A DNA stretch of 64,000 bases from a virus: positions 1 to 64,000 of the IMG/VR virus record IMGVR_UViG_3300045996_000592; one strand, 5' to 3'. Below the pieces are notes generated by a model, which saw only the letters and a program-made list of their open reading frames with translations, had not been told where the DNA came from and made no database searches. Of this stretch, positions 28,505-38,570 are shown one piece after another. How positions within the stretch are numbered: position 1 is the stretch's first letter; each line of letters starts with the position of its first letter. The position numbers were made by a program, and so were the translations under genes.

Positions 28505-29169
28505 AGATAGTGGCGATCAGTGATACGCATACCCTGCATGAAGAAGTGATAATACCTGAGTGTGATATTCTGATACATGCAGGAGATTATACCTCTACCG
28601 GTCTTGAGGATGAGGTGAAAGATTTCTTATGTTGGTTTTCTCATCAACCTGCACGGTATAAAGTATTTATCAACGGTAACCACGACCGTCATGGTGAATC
28701 CCGGTTTAATTCTCGTACCGGTGCGGATCTCTGGATGGAGGAACTCTGGAATAAATATGTATACGAGGTTCCTGATATTGTTTACCTGGAAAACTCCGCT
28801 GTGTGGATAGAAGGTATAAAGATATGGGGGAGCCCTATTACCCCTGACTTCTATCCTCAGAACTGGGCCCATAATATGCCCCGGGGAGAAAAGATAAAAA
28901 AGGTGTGGAATACTATCCCAGAAGACACAGATATAGTGGTTACTCACGGGCCTGCTTACGGGGTACTGGATAAAGTTAATAGAGGAGAACGAGTAGGATG
29001 CCAAGACTTACAGCAAGCTCTTTATAGGGTAAACCCTAAGATCCATATCTGCGGGCACATTCACGAAGGTTATGGAACTGATCGGGTAGTAGACACCGGG
29101 TTCTTTAATGTTTCTATCTGTAACGAGTACTACCGCCCGATAAATAAACCAGTAATAATAGAACTATGA
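28489..29169 (+). CDS. Calcineurin-like metallophosphoesterase
   Basis: SDTH, HAGD, GNHD, THGP, GHIHE. Confidence 0.92.
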   Translation: MAEKIKIVAISDTHTLHEEVIIPECDILIHAGDYTSTGLEDEVKDFLCWFSHQPARYKVFINGNHDRHGESRFNSRTGADLWMEELWNKYVYEVPDIVYLENSAVWIEGIKIWGSPITPDFYPQNWAHNMPRGEKIKKVWNTIPEDTDIVVTHGPAYGVLDKVNRGERVGCQDLQQALYRVNPKIHICGHIHEGYGTDRVVDTGFFNVSICNEYYRPINKPVIIEL

Positions 29170-29476
29170 AACTTTTAATAGAATTAGAAGTACCTGACAG
29201 TTTTGTAGGGTACGAAGAGAATATACTCAATAAAGACAGAGGAGTATGGAATTTTGTCTCCACCTTCTACCCAAACTATCAAACTTCCTCGGAGATAACT
29301 CTGGCGGATGACTTACAGAAGATAATGGATAACGAAGTAGACCGTGGTTCCGGTGCGGAAGAGCTGCTTCATGATAGGTGTGAGAATTCCGTGGTACGCG
29401 CCGGGAGATGGGGTGGGTAGAATCCAGCGGGATCTACCTGATAAGTATAACAGAAAAACTAAATCAACACCAATGA
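29166..29476 (+). pseudogene. Hypothetical gene with an apparent 1-nt frameshift near 29400
   Basis: An alternative frame (REMGWVESSGIYLISITEKLNQHQ*) ends in an ATGA overlap with the next gene. Confidence 0.45.
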
Positions 29477-29670
29477 ACAGGACAGACGAAAAAAGATATG
29501 ATGAGGCCGTATCAACAGTAGAGTGGATGCGTGACCGGATAGTTGAACTCGAAGATGAGGTCTCCGCACTGGAGAGTAAGATATATAACCTTACAACAGA
29601 GAACGATGAACTCGACAAGATGTTACAGGACGCCCGGGAAGAGATAAAAGATCTAATAGAAAAACAGTAA
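29473..29670 (+). CDS. Coiled-coil protein
   Basis: MNRTDEK... heptads. Confidence 0.6.
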   Translation: MNRTDEKRYDEAVSTVEWMRDRIVELEDEVSALESKIYNLTTENDELDKMLQDAREEIKDLIEKQ

Positions 29671-29676
29671 GTCTGT

Positions 29677-29937
29677 ATGATCCAGAAGGCACCAGACCCG
29701 ATACTGCGGGTCATCAGTATAGAAAAAGATACACTATCAGAGGGATTTAGGAAGAAACTTGGTGACCGGTATATCTACCAAGATGTAGATAACTCAGTCT
29801 TAGGGGAGCACCTGTATAGTCTCGATGATATACTCGAGAATGTAGAGTTTACCCCGGAACAGGTAGAAGAACTGAATGAGCTAACCTTATTATGTGACCA
29901 ATACAGAGCGGACTACTTCCGGCTGGTAAAAAATTAA
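29677..29937 (+). CDS. Hypothetical protein
   Basis: ORF in operon. Confidence 0.6.
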   Translation: MIQKAPDPILRVISIEKDTLSEGFRKKLGDRYIYQDVDNSVLGEHLYSLDDILENVEFTPEQVEELNELTLLCDQYRADYFRLVKN

Positions 29938-29944
29938 CAAACTA

Positions 29945-30997
29945 ATGTTTAATACAGCAGAACTAAAGAGAGAACTAACCCGGGAAGAGAAGGAGGAAAT
30001 ATTTTTCAGTAATCCTCGCGTGTGGAGTTTTAGCGCTCTGTCCCAGATACTGACCTCACCCCGGCTGTTCTATAAAGAACGGGTACTAAAAGAAGTAGAT
30101 AAAGACGAGAGCCGACACTTCGGAGAGGGCACTCTAATTCACTGTATGCTACTGGAGAGCGATACCCTAACTGATAAATATATCGTCCAATCAGGTAAGA
30201 TCCCGATAGAGAAACCCGGGCAAATAATGGATAAGGTGTACCAGACCTGGTTAGCAGAAAAGATACTTCTCGGCCCACAGGGAGGTAACTACATCAACGT
30301 CAGCCTCAGGGACTACTCAGCACTCATCATAGAAGAGATGAAGTCTCTCGACTACTACCAGAACCTGAAAACAGATGAGCAGCGTCTTGAAAAAGTAATC
30401 ACCCCGGTTAACACAGAGTACTTCGAGTTTTTGAAATCGTCCCCGGGTAAGACCATCGTGAGTCAGGAGACCTGGGATTACTGTGTTAAAGCGGTAGAGT
30501 ACGTTAAGAACCATCCTAAGTGCGCGTTCCTGTTAGGGTTAAACCCGGAAGAGCTTAATAACTCGGAAGTGATCAACGAACACCTGATAAGGATAGAGCC
30601 AACTGAGGATAAACCGGGGCTGAAGGGTTTTATCGACTCTCACCATATCAACCACGATCACCGGATCATCTTCGTTTCAGACTTTAAAACCAGCGGTAAA
30701 CCCTTAGACCGGTTCAAAAAGAGTGTACAGGACTATAACTACCATCTACAGGGCGCACTCTACCGCCGGTTGATAGCACACAAATACGCTGATCTGATAG
30801 ACGCGGGGTACGAGATAGTAGTACACTTCGTAACAATAGACAATAACCTGAACGTCTACCCGTTCCCGGTTTCGGAGGAGAGCATGGCCCGGTGGACTGC
30901 TGATCTGGATCAGGCTATCAAGAAGGCCGAGTGGCACTGTCTGAACCGGTCGTTTAATTCACAATATCACTACGAACTAAACTTAGTAGAACTATAA
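29945..30997 (+). CDS. PD-(D/E)xK exonuclease (RecE/ExoVIII-like)
   Basis: SFSAL, GTLIH, LKGFID, SDFKT, YHLQGALY. Confidence 0.85.
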   Translation: MFNTAELKRELTREEKEEIFFSNPRVWSFSALSQILTSPRLFYKERVLKEVDKDESRHFGEGTLIHCMLLESDTLTDKYIVQSGKIPIEKPGQIMDKVYQTWLAEKILLGPQGGNYINVSLRDYSALIIEEMKSLDYYQNLKTDEQRLEKVITPVNTEYFEFLKSSPGKTIVSQETWDYCVKAVEYVKNHPKCAFLLGLNPEELNNSEVINEHLIRIEPTEDKPGLKGFIDSHHINHDHRIIFVSDFKTSGKPLDRFKKSVQDYNYHLQGALYRRLIAHKYADLIDAGYEIVVHFVTIDNNLNVYPFPVSEESMARWTADLDQAIKKAEWHCLNRSFNSQYHYELNLVEL

Positions 30998-31026
30998 AGA
31001 AGAACCTATGAATAAAAGAAGAACTA

Positions 31027-31635
31027 ATGACAGAGATCAAAACACTGTACCAGAACTACCATCAAAAATCCAAAACCTTCCTGAGCAGTCTGTTAGGGCT
31101 GCACCCACAGAGTTATATTCAGGCATTACAAACCTACATCAGCTGGCCTAAGTACGGAATAACCCCGGAAGATAGATTACTATTATTACTGTACAACAAG
31201 TTACCGGGGACCGGATACGAAAAATATAAAAATCTACTCCTCTGTAATACCCTCTATCACTCCCACTACGAAACAATAGACGACCGGGAAGTATTCCTGT
31301 TCTCTTTTGAATCCTACGGGGCTGACTGGGGGTATTTTCTTGAGGGGAAGTATAGTAAACTCAGCCTGTTTTTTAAGTCCACAGTGTCCAGATATTACAA
31401 GAACACCCCGGAAGCGCCTTATATAGACAGTTACCTGTACCCCGATCGTTACCGGGAGAACTACACCCGGCTCCTTTGGGATAACAGTGATATAGAGAAA
31501 TACGAACCCCAGAACTGGTTAGAAGAACTCTGTGACAAACCCGACTTAGTTAGGGAGGAGTGTAGAGAGACTGTAGAAAATTTTGGGTATCTAAAAAATA
31601 TCCCTAACTTAGCGAAACTAAAAGATCAGATATGA
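31027..31635 (+). CDS. Hypothetical protein
   Basis: QKSK.FL...LG, FLEGKYSK, ELCDKPD blocks. Confidence 0.7.
   Translation: MTEIKTLYQNYHQKSKTFLSSLLGLHPQSYIQALQTYISWPKYGITPEDRLLLLLYNKLPGTGYEKYKNLLLCNTLYHSHYETIDDREVFLFSFESYGADWGYFLEGKYSKLSLFFKSTVSRYYKNTPEAPYIDSYLYPDRYRENYTRLLWDNSDIEKYEPQNWLEELCDKPDLVREECRETVENFGYLKNIPNLAKLKDQI
31582..31612 (+). promoter_or_regulatory. Promoter overlapped by an operator-like palindrome
   Basis: TTTGG-GTA-TCTAA; TTTG-N19-TAACTTAG. Confidence 0.55.
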
Positions 31636-32030
31636 CCAACCAACTACCCACCCCATCTATGATGCTCATCAGTAAGACGGTGTATAACAAACTCAGGGGG
31701 TTATCCCTTATCCCAGTGGATAATAACTGTCCTTTCCTGGAAGCCATCTACGACCCGCAGAATAAGGTGCTGGCCGTCCTGTCCAAGGAGACCCGTCAGG
31801 TATACGATCTGTTTCCGAAACTCACCGAGTACGGGCAGAACCAGACCAAGAACGGTAAAACTCTACTCGAACGTCGTGCCGTGGACAACTACCATGAATA
31901 TTATGTTACTGAAAGAACCGATATAGAGTCCTTCATCAAGATGTTCGCGGTAAATCACAAAGACTTCCCATACCAGGAGATCCTTAATCAAGAGGTAGAA
32001 AAAACTGCGGATGAGAAAATAGCAGCCTAA
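31632..32030 (+). CDS. Hypothetical protein
   Basis: IPV...CPFLEAIYDP..KVLAV; ends KIAA. Confidence 0.7.
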   Translation: MTNQLPTPSMMLISKTVYNKLRGLSLIPVDNNCPFLEAIYDPQNKVLAVLSKETRQVYDLFPKLTEYGQNQTKNGKTLLERRAVDNYHEYYVTERTDIESFIKMFAVNHKDFPYQEILNQEVEKTADEKIAA

Positions 32031-32060
32031 ATCGTAAAAACCAATCACACCTTATAGTAA

Positions 32061-32083
32061 GAGCCGGTTCGCCCGGCTTTTTC
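32061..32083 (+). terminator. Intrinsic terminator
   Basis: AGCCGG-TTCGC-CCGGCT followed by TTTT. Confidence 0.7.
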
Positions 32084-32106
32084 TATCGGGTCTAAAGACA
32101 GATGTT

Positions 32107-32511
32107 ATGACTAACTGGATAGAAGATATAAAAGAGTTCCAGACAACCTTCGGGTTAGGAGTTAAGGCCACACCCGGTTTTCCAGAAATAGATGTTATCA
32201 AACTCCGACATAAACTGATAACAGAAGAGGTCCGCGAATTAACAGAGGCTGAGTTCGGACCAGATGGAGTTTATCATGGTTATGATATCATAGAAGCAGC
32301 AGACGCCATCACAGATTGTCTGTACGTTCTTCTCGGTACCGCCTGTGAGTACGGTTTAATAGACCAGATAGACGAGTGCTGGAAAGCCGTCCATACCAAC
32401 AACATGAGTAAGGTAGGTCCTGATGGTAAAGTACTTCGTCGGGAAGATGGCAAGATAATAAAACCAGCCGGGTTCCAACCGGTTAATCTTGAACCCATAA
32501 TCTATGGATAA
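32107..32511 (+). CDS. MazG-like NTP pyrophosphohydrolase
   Basis: LITEEVREL, EAADAITD.LYV, VH.NNMSK, REDGKIIKP. Confidence 0.88.
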   Translation: MTNWIEDIKEFQTTFGLGVKATPGFPEIDVIKLRHKLITEEVRELTEAEFGPDGVYHGYDIIEAADAITDCLYVLLGTACEYGLIDQIDECWKAVHTNNMSKVGPDGKVLRREDGKIIKPAGFQPVNLEPIIYG

Positions 32512-32770
32512 TATAACAGAAGAACTACAGAAGTACGGACCCAAGAGAGCTGCCGAGATAGTCACGGAAAACTTCCAGTGCTTGGACGGGTTAGTAGAAG
32601 ACGAAGAGCTCAGGTTCTGGTTAAGAAGTCTTATCACTACCTGTCTCTCCGGCTACGCGGAAGAAGTCTGGGACAGAGCCTGTGTCGTACAGAGAGCCCG
32701 CTGCCGGGAACACCGGTTTTTAGTAGAAGCGCCCCTGATACCTTATAAAGAACATATGTATTATGAGTAA
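32504..32770 (+). CDS. Hypothetical protein
   Basis: Coupled ORF. Confidence 0.55.
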   Translation: MDNITEELQKYGPKRAAEIVTENFQCLDGLVEDEELRFWLRSLITTCLSGYAEEVWDRACVVQRARCREHRFLVEAPLIPYKEHMYYE

Positions 32771-32781
32771 ACCCCTGTCTT

Positions 32782-34764
32782 ATGATTTACCTGATAACCG
32801 GCCAGTCTCAGCTCCACACAGAGGGCGCGGGATATAAACTGACCACGATAGAAGAAGTAGAACGGTACTTATCCGGAGTAGAGGAAGCCTCAGTAGATAC
32901 AGAGACTACTGGGTTAGACGCTCATCGGGATAAACTACATACCCTGCAGATAGGTGATTACTATAACCAGTACATTATAGACGCCTCAACAACGGACATT
33001 ACCCGGTTGAAGCCCTACCTAGAAGAACGCTTGTTACTGATCCAGAACGCTAAGTTCGACCTGAAGTTCTTGTATAAGTACGGAATATACCCGCGTAAGG
33101 TGTGGGATACCTTCGTTACGGAGCGGGTTCTTTACTGCGGAATACCCGACCATAAGGCCGGTTTAGATTCACTGGTTCAACAGTACTGTAACATTACTTT
33201 GGATAAATCAGTACAGAAGACTATAGCAAAAGAAGGGCTGGTTACCAAAAACCTTCAGTATATGGCTGACGATATAAAGTATCTGTCAGCTATCAGGGAT
33301 AAGCAGCTGGTCGATCTCAGGAAGAAATATCTAAAGGGTACCTCTAATCTTGAAAACAAGTTTGTACCGGTCTTAGCCTACATCGAATACTGTGGTATGA
33401 AGCTGAACGTACCCAAGTGGACGGAGAAGATGATCACGGATAAAGACCGGATGAATAAGGCTAGGATAACCTTGGACAACTGGATACTGAATAAAGGTAT
33501 TAAGAAGTTTATCGAGGTGCAGGGTAACCTCTTCGACCCTCCGGGATGTACTGTTAACTGGTCTTCACCTAAACAGGTAGTAGATCTGCTCGAGCACCTT
33601 GGGGTAAACTGTACGATCGTAGAGAAGGGTAAGGAGAAGAAGTCGGTGGAGGCCTCAGTGATAGAGAAACAGAAGAACGAGTTTGAGATCATCTCCCTGT
33701 ACCTGGAATATAAGAAGGCGGAAAAAATAGTTGGTACATATGGAGAGAACTTTATCCGTCAGATTAACCCGGTAACCGGTAGAATACATACCAAGTTCAC
33801 TCAGATAATGGATACTGGCAGGATGTCTTCAGGCGGTAAGGACCGCGCTACAAAAGAAGAGTTCATCAACTTCCAGAACATACCATCTGACCCGGAAACG
33901 CGATCTTGTTTTATAGCAGAACCGGGAAGTACGCTGGTAGTATCGGACTACTCCGGTCAAGAGCAGATAGTACTCGCTAATAGGTGTCTGGATAAAAACC
34001 TGCTAAAGTTCTATGATGAAGGGCTGGCTGATATGCACTCATTCGTGGCGTCTAAGATGTACCCCGAACTCGAAGGGTTAGACCTTGACGAGATAAAGAA
34101 GTTACATAAGGATAAAAGACAGGCGGCTAAATCTGCTGGCTTCGCCATAAATTATGGTGGGAGTGGCATTACCATAGCAGATAACCTCGGTATCAGTAAA
34201 GAGGATGGGGATCGGATTTATAACGCCTACTTCCAAGCCTTTCCGGGGTTAAGTGACTACTTCAAGAAGGTGAAACAGCAGGGACTAAATGATGGTTATA
34301 TCCTGATAAGTCCAATAACAGGTAGGAAGTCTTATATCTACTTCTTCGACCGGTATAAGGAACTAGAAGCCCAAACAAAAGGAGACTTCTGGGAACGCTA
34401 CCGGGAAGCTAAGAAAACTCAGTCTAAAGACTGGCCAGAACTATCCAAGACCTGCCGAGAGTACTTCCAGTTAAAGGGAGAAATAGAGCGTATGACTCTT
34501 AACTACCCGATCCAGGGAAGTTCCGCCGACGTAACCAAGATTGCCTGTGTCTACTTCTATAACTGGATTATCAACAATAACTACTTCTGGACTGTGAAGA
34601 TCCCGAACGTAGTTCATGATGAGGTAGTGGCAGAGTGCCCCGTAGACCTCGGAGAAGAGGTGTCTCAGGTGTTACACGATACTATGGGTAAGGCAGGAGA
34701 TATATACTGTAAGAGAGTGCCACTAAAGGCAGACCCGGAACTAACAAGTGTATGGAAAAAATAG
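32782..34764 (+). CDS. polA: Family A DNA polymerase with 3'-5' exonuclease
   Basis: DTETTG, NAKFD, TGRMSS, FQNIP, DYSGQE, RQAAKSAGFAINYG, NYPIQG, VHDE. Confidence 0.95.
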   Translation: MIYLITGQSQLHTEGAGYKLTTIEEVERYLSGVEEASVDTETTGLDAHRDKLHTLQIGDYYNQYIIDASTTDITRLKPYLEERLLLIQNAKFDLKFLYKYGIYPRKVWDTFVTERVLYCGIPDHKAGLDSLVQQYCNITLDKSVQKTIAKEGLVTKNLQYMADDIKYLSAIRDKQLVDLRKKYLKGTSNLENKFVPVLAYIEYCGMKLNVPKWTEKMITDKDRMNKARITLDNWILNKGIKKFIEVQGNLFDPPGCTVNWSSPKQVVDLLEHLGVNCTIVEKGKEKKSVEASVIEKQKNEFEIISLYLEYKKAEKIVGTYGENFIRQINPVTGRIHTKFTQIMDTGRMSSGGKDRATKEEFINFQNIPSDPETRSCFIAEPGSTLVVSDYSGQEQIVLANRCLDKNLLKFYDEGLADMHSFVASKMYPELEGLDLDEIKKLHKDKRQAAKSAGFAINYGGSGITIADNLGISKEDGDRIYNAYFQAFPGLSDYFKKVKQQGLNDGYILISPITGRKSYIYFFDRYKELEAQTKGDFWERYREAKKTQSKDWPELSKTCREYFQLKGEIERMTLNYPIQGSSADVTKIACVYFYNWIINNNYFWTVKIPNVVHDEVVAECPVDLGEEVSQVLHDTMGKAGDIYCKRVPLKADPELTSVWKK

Positions 34765-34770
34765 TGCCCC

Positions 34771-35490
34771 ATGAAACCGTTATCAGATCATAAAGATAAA
34801 TCAGGAATATACTGTATTAAGAATATACAGAATGGTAAAGTTTATATAGGTAAGGCCAAATGTATCTTCAGTAGGATTCAGAGTCATATTTATGCTCTTA
34901 CCGGACGAAATAGTAAGAAGTCTAACTCTTATTTAATAAACTCCTGGCATAAGTATGGTCCGGACGCCTTCACATATTCAGTACTTGAAAACGTTGATTT
35001 TACAGATGAGTCCTTAATGCGGGATAGAGAACTTTATTGGATAAATCTAATGAATGCCCTGGACCCAGACAAGGGATATAATCTAAGATCCGACTCATCT
35101 ACAGGAATGGTTACTCATGAAAAAACCTCTAAGAAAATATCAGATCGACTAAAGAAAGAGTGGGAAGCTGGGTTAAGATCTAGTCACTCAGAAAAATTAA
35201 AGAAAAAGTGGGAGGAGGCTCCCCAAAGACGGACTGAACAGGGGAAGATGCTTTCTAAGATTAAAACTAAGTACTTCTATCATATAATAAATCCATCTGA
35301 TAAAGAAGACCTAGGAAGTTCTATGGTGATGGATATGTCTCCCGGAGTTCATGGAGGGTACGATTTACTAAAGAAGTTAGGACTACAGAACTGTATAACA
35401 ACCTTTTTTAATCGTAAGTCTAATTCTATATCCTTTAAGGGGTACGATATTATAAGATTCAACCCAGATACTGCACCTGAATTTGATTAA
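34771..35490 (+). CDS. GIY-YIG homing endonuclease
   Basis: SGIYCI.N..NGKVYIGKA, RELYWI, GYNL. Confidence 0.9.
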   Translation: MKPLSDHKDKSGIYCIKNIQNGKVYIGKAKCIFSRIQSHIYALTGRNSKKSNSYLINSWHKYGPDAFTYSVLENVDFTDESLMRDRELYWINLMNALDPDKGYNLRSDSSTGMVTHEKTSKKISDRLKKEWEAGLRSSHSEKLKKKWEEAPQRRTEQGKMLSKIKTKYFYHIINPSDKEDLGSSMVMDMSPGVHGGYDLLKKLGLQNCITTFFNRKSNSISFKGYDIIRFNPDTAPEFD

Positions 35491-35569
35491 GTACACAACA
35501 TTAACAAGAAGATCACCCGGGGGTACACTCAGCTAGACCTCTTCGGGATGGCCGCGTAAAACAGAAGTT

Positions 35570-36115
35570 ATGAAGAAGAGAACATCTATAGATTTCAGTA
35601 AGCACGTACTAACTACGTTTGAGGATAAGTACGTCACTATTTACGAGTTTAAAATACCCGGAACCTACACCCACAGTATGAAGTTTATTAACACGTCAGG
35701 GGTGATGACGGTCACCGGGGATTGGGGTAACTGGGTCTTCTGTAGAGAGTTTCATCCGGGCCCGGAAAATGGGGTTTCAGATGGTTACTGGATAGAGAAA
35801 CTACACATCAGTTCCTGTCAAAAACCCTATAAGTATGATTCTGACGAGACTACAAGAAGATTAAAGGAACGTTTACAAGAGATCAAGGAGGAATACGAAG
35901 AGGGAAGTAGGTATGAACAGTTAAAAGAGTACTACGAGAGCTGTCTGGAAAACGTGGACGACTATTATGACTACATACAGGCAGCTCGGGACCACCCCGG
36001 TTTTATGGATGCAGAGAGTATAATAGAAGGTAAAGAACTAAACAGATGGTTAGAGGCAATCTTCGACGGGTTCGACGAGATATGTTCCCGGATGAAGGTC
36101 GCTCAGGCCGCGTAA
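35570..36115 (+). CDS. Hypothetical phage protein
   Basis: VTGDWGNWVF...YWIEKL block; ends AQAA. Confidence 0.7.
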   Translation: MKKRTSIDFSKHVLTTFEDKYVTIYEFKIPGTYTHSMKFINTSGVMTVTGDWGNWVFCREFHPGPENGVSDGYWIEKLHISSCQKPYKYDSDETTRRLKERLQEIKEEYEEGSRYEQLKEYYESCLENVDDYYDYIQAARDHPGFMDAESIIEGKELNRWLEAIFDGFDEICSRMKVAQAA

Positions 36116-36263
36116 ACAAACATTTTATGATAGAATTACTAATAGGAGTAGGCGGCCTCATCGTATGCTGGATAGCGTACAGAGCAGGTTACAGGAACGG
36201 TCTTGTAGCAGCAGAAGATGATGAGTATGATAACGATTATGAACCGGAAGAATTTACAGGAGT

Positions 36264-36731
36264 ATGATAAACAACTTTGATATACCTACCCTAACAGACG
36301 TTATGGTAGCGGTAACAGCCTACAAACAGTTGGCCCACTATTTTCCCTCGATAAACAGGGAGCAAACAGAACAGATAAAGCCTTACTGGGACAAGTGGCA
36401 GAAAAATGTTGGCACTGATCGTACAGGTTACAGTAGGTTCCATGAGTTCTGGTCAGACATAGAGTTACACCTTGTATCCCAAACATGGGGTAGTACCGCT
36501 TGCGGGTGGGGTGGAATCGGCGGGGCTGCTATAACTACCGCATATACTCTCGTTATCACCAACAAACACCTGAATGCAGCATTCATCTACTGGGCCGGTA
36601 AACTGGCGTATGTAGTGGACATGGATAAGAAATATCAAACTCTGATAACAGGGGAGTCAGGTTACTCCGCGCTACCAGGACTGAACAGGGTGAAAGAAAG
36701 ATTAACCGTTATATACAGTGAGAGAAGATGA
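36264..36731 (+). CDS. Hypothetical protein
   Basis: QTWGSTACGWGGIGGAAIT motif. Confidence 0.7.
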   Translation: MINNFDIPTLTDVMVAVTAYKQLAHYFPSINREQTEQIKPYWDKWQKNVGTDRTGYSRFHEFWSDIELHLVSQTWGSTACGWGGIGGAAITTAYTLVITNKHLNAAFIYWAGKLAYVVDMDKKYQTLITGESGYSALPGLNRVKERLTVIYSERR

Positions 36732-37258
36732 CACCAACATTAATACAGAAGTGCTGGGAGGTACATGATAGGACTACAGTAGACTGGTCGTTATCCTATG
36801 AAGCTCGTCAGCACTATACCTACAGAGAACACATACTGGCAGAAACCGCGTCTAAGGCTAAGGGTAAGTTTATAGAACACGCCCGGTTTATCGACCTGAA
36901 AGCTGTACGCTGTGAGGAGTACGACCAAGTAGAAGTAGACGGTAAAAAGATGAGGCGTAATGAGGTAGACAACTACCTTAGAAAGCAGGAGAGAAAGAAG
37001 AAGATACAAGAACTACCGGAAGATCAGCTCTACTACGTTCAGAACGGGTTCGTGGGTAACTGCCCGCTCTTCTGGGGACTCGGTAACTGCGGGTACACCT
37101 CAGACCTTGATAAAGCCCAGAAGTACACCAAAGAACAGATAGTAAAAGAGTTTTCTAACCCACGGGAACAGGATATTATCTGGTTAGCTGCAGAAGTAGA
37201 CAGTAAAGTAAAAAGAATAGTAGATCACCAGTACTTAGATTACACAAAAAGCGTATGA
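36728..37258 (+). CDS. Hypothetical protein
   Basis: FVGN...FW....GYT.DL.KA..YT motif. Confidence 0.7.
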   Translation: MTPTLIQKCWEVHDRTTVDWSLSYEARQHYTYREHILAETASKAKGKFIEHARFIDLKAVRCEEYDQVEVDGKKMRRNEVDNYLRKQERKKKIQELPEDQLYYVQNGFVGNCPLFWGLGNCGYTSDLDKAQKYTKEQIVKEFSNPREQDIIWLAAEVDSKVKRIVDHQYLDYTKSV

Positions 37259-37653
37259 TAACACAGATATATCAGTTGCTCTTCGGTAAAAAGAAAGAGC
37301 AGAAAAAAGAACAGAAGCGCCCCGCTACACCTTACGGGGGTAGTTCAACCCAGTCATCTAATGCGAATGACTCCCAGAGTTCTTATGACCCGCTGCTCGA
37401 TCCGATGAACCCGGTCAGTCCTTTGTGGATCGGGAACTCAGATAGTTCTTCCAATCATAATAATAACTCTTTCGGTGGGTACGGTGGAGGGGAAAGTGGT
37501 GGCTCTGGAGCAGGCGGTTCATGGGAATCACACAGTAACCACTCTTACGATAGCGGGAGTACCTACGACAGTTCCCCCTCTTATGGCTCAGATAGCAGCT
37601 CTTATGATAGTGGTAGTTCTTTTGACAGCAGTTCATCCGGGAGTTTTGACTAA
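37255..37653 (+). CDS. Ser/Gly-rich low-complexity protein
   Basis: FGGYGGGESGGSGAGGSW and repeated SYDS units. Confidence 0.65.
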   Translation: MITQIYQLLFGKKKEQKKEQKRPATPYGGSSTQSSNANDSQSSYDPLLDPMNPVSPLWIGNSDSSSNHNNNSFGGYGGGESGGSGAGGSWESHSNHSYDSGSTYDSSPSYGSDSSSYDSGSSFDSSSSGSFD

Positions 37654-37892
37654 ACCTTTGATCGTATGACCTACACAGTAGACTTCCCGGATGATGTAGA
37701 TGTATTCTACTGGGACTACATCATAGAACCGACTCAGAGATCAGGGATAAATAAAATAATAGTCTTCTTCGAACACGATACCCGGCGCACTACAAAATTC
37801 GTAGGACACACTACCCGGTCTAACGCAGATTGGCGGGAGTTCCAGATAACAGAAGAAGAACAGGAAGGTAAGAGAAAACTAATATTTAAGAT

Positions 37893-38288
37893 ATGAAGCA
37901 CACCATAAAAACCTATGAATATAAGCGGATAGAAAAAACCGCTACCGAGATAGAGATACCCGAAGAGACTATATACTGTTTTCAAACTGGTATACGTCGG
38001 GCAGTTAAGATAGAACCTCAATGGACTACTTGGAATAAAGAGAACTACCAAAAAGATGAAGAAGTGTGGAACCTTAAAATTACCTGTGTATATAACTCTT
38101 TCGAGTGTAAAATAGAGCAGTATACTATACAGGTTTCTCAGCTTGAGGATAATATAAATCGCGGTAAAGATTCCTACAGTATTCCTAACCTTTTACTCCA
38201 CCGTGATTTTAACCTACGTACAAAAGAACAGTTTGAGGCTGACTTAAAGATAGCTCTCGATAAAATAACCGGTGTAACTGAAGATTAA
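37893..38288 (+). CDS. Hypothetical protein
   Basis: ATGA-coupled ORF. Confidence 0.6.
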   Translation: MKHTIKTYEYKRIEKTATEIEIPEETIYCFQTGIRRAVKIEPQWTTWNKENYQKDEEVWNLKITCVYNSFECKIEQYTIQVSQLEDNINRGKDSYSIPNLLLHRDFNLRTKEQFEADLKIALDKITGVTED

Positions 38289-38290
38289 TT

Positions 38291-38551
38291 ATGACACAAA
38301 AAGTAGAACTACTATACCGGGACGCTGCTAACTACAAGTTCTGAGTAACAGCAGAGATAGACTGGGAATCACTTGGTTTCCCCAGCCCCCTAGAAGTAGA
38401 CCAGGATATAGAGATGGAGCAACTCAGGTTAGACCCGTACAAGTTCGTTCCGGCAAGAATGGGTTTTCCGTGGAATGAGGATGACCACAACATCCTGACC
38501 GTTGAGGAAATCCTGAAAGAAGACATAGAAGTAGAATTAACGATAAAGTAA
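38291..38551 (+). pseudogene. YRDAxNYK-motif gene interrupted by an in-frame TGA
   Basis: MTQKVELLYRDAANYKF*VTAEID...EDDHN...; TGA at 38342-38344; the frame fills the intergenic gap. Confidence 0.65.
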
Positions 38552-38570
38552 ACCTTAAAAACAACAAAAG

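Noticed and set aside
32782-35490. Intron or intein splitting polA
   Set aside because: All PolA motifs are contiguous; the GIY-YIG gene lies downstream as a free-standing ORF
37255-37653. Diversity-generating retroelement or repeat-based system
   Set aside because: Only Ser/Gly low complexity; no reverse transcriptase or template/variable repeat pair seen in the window
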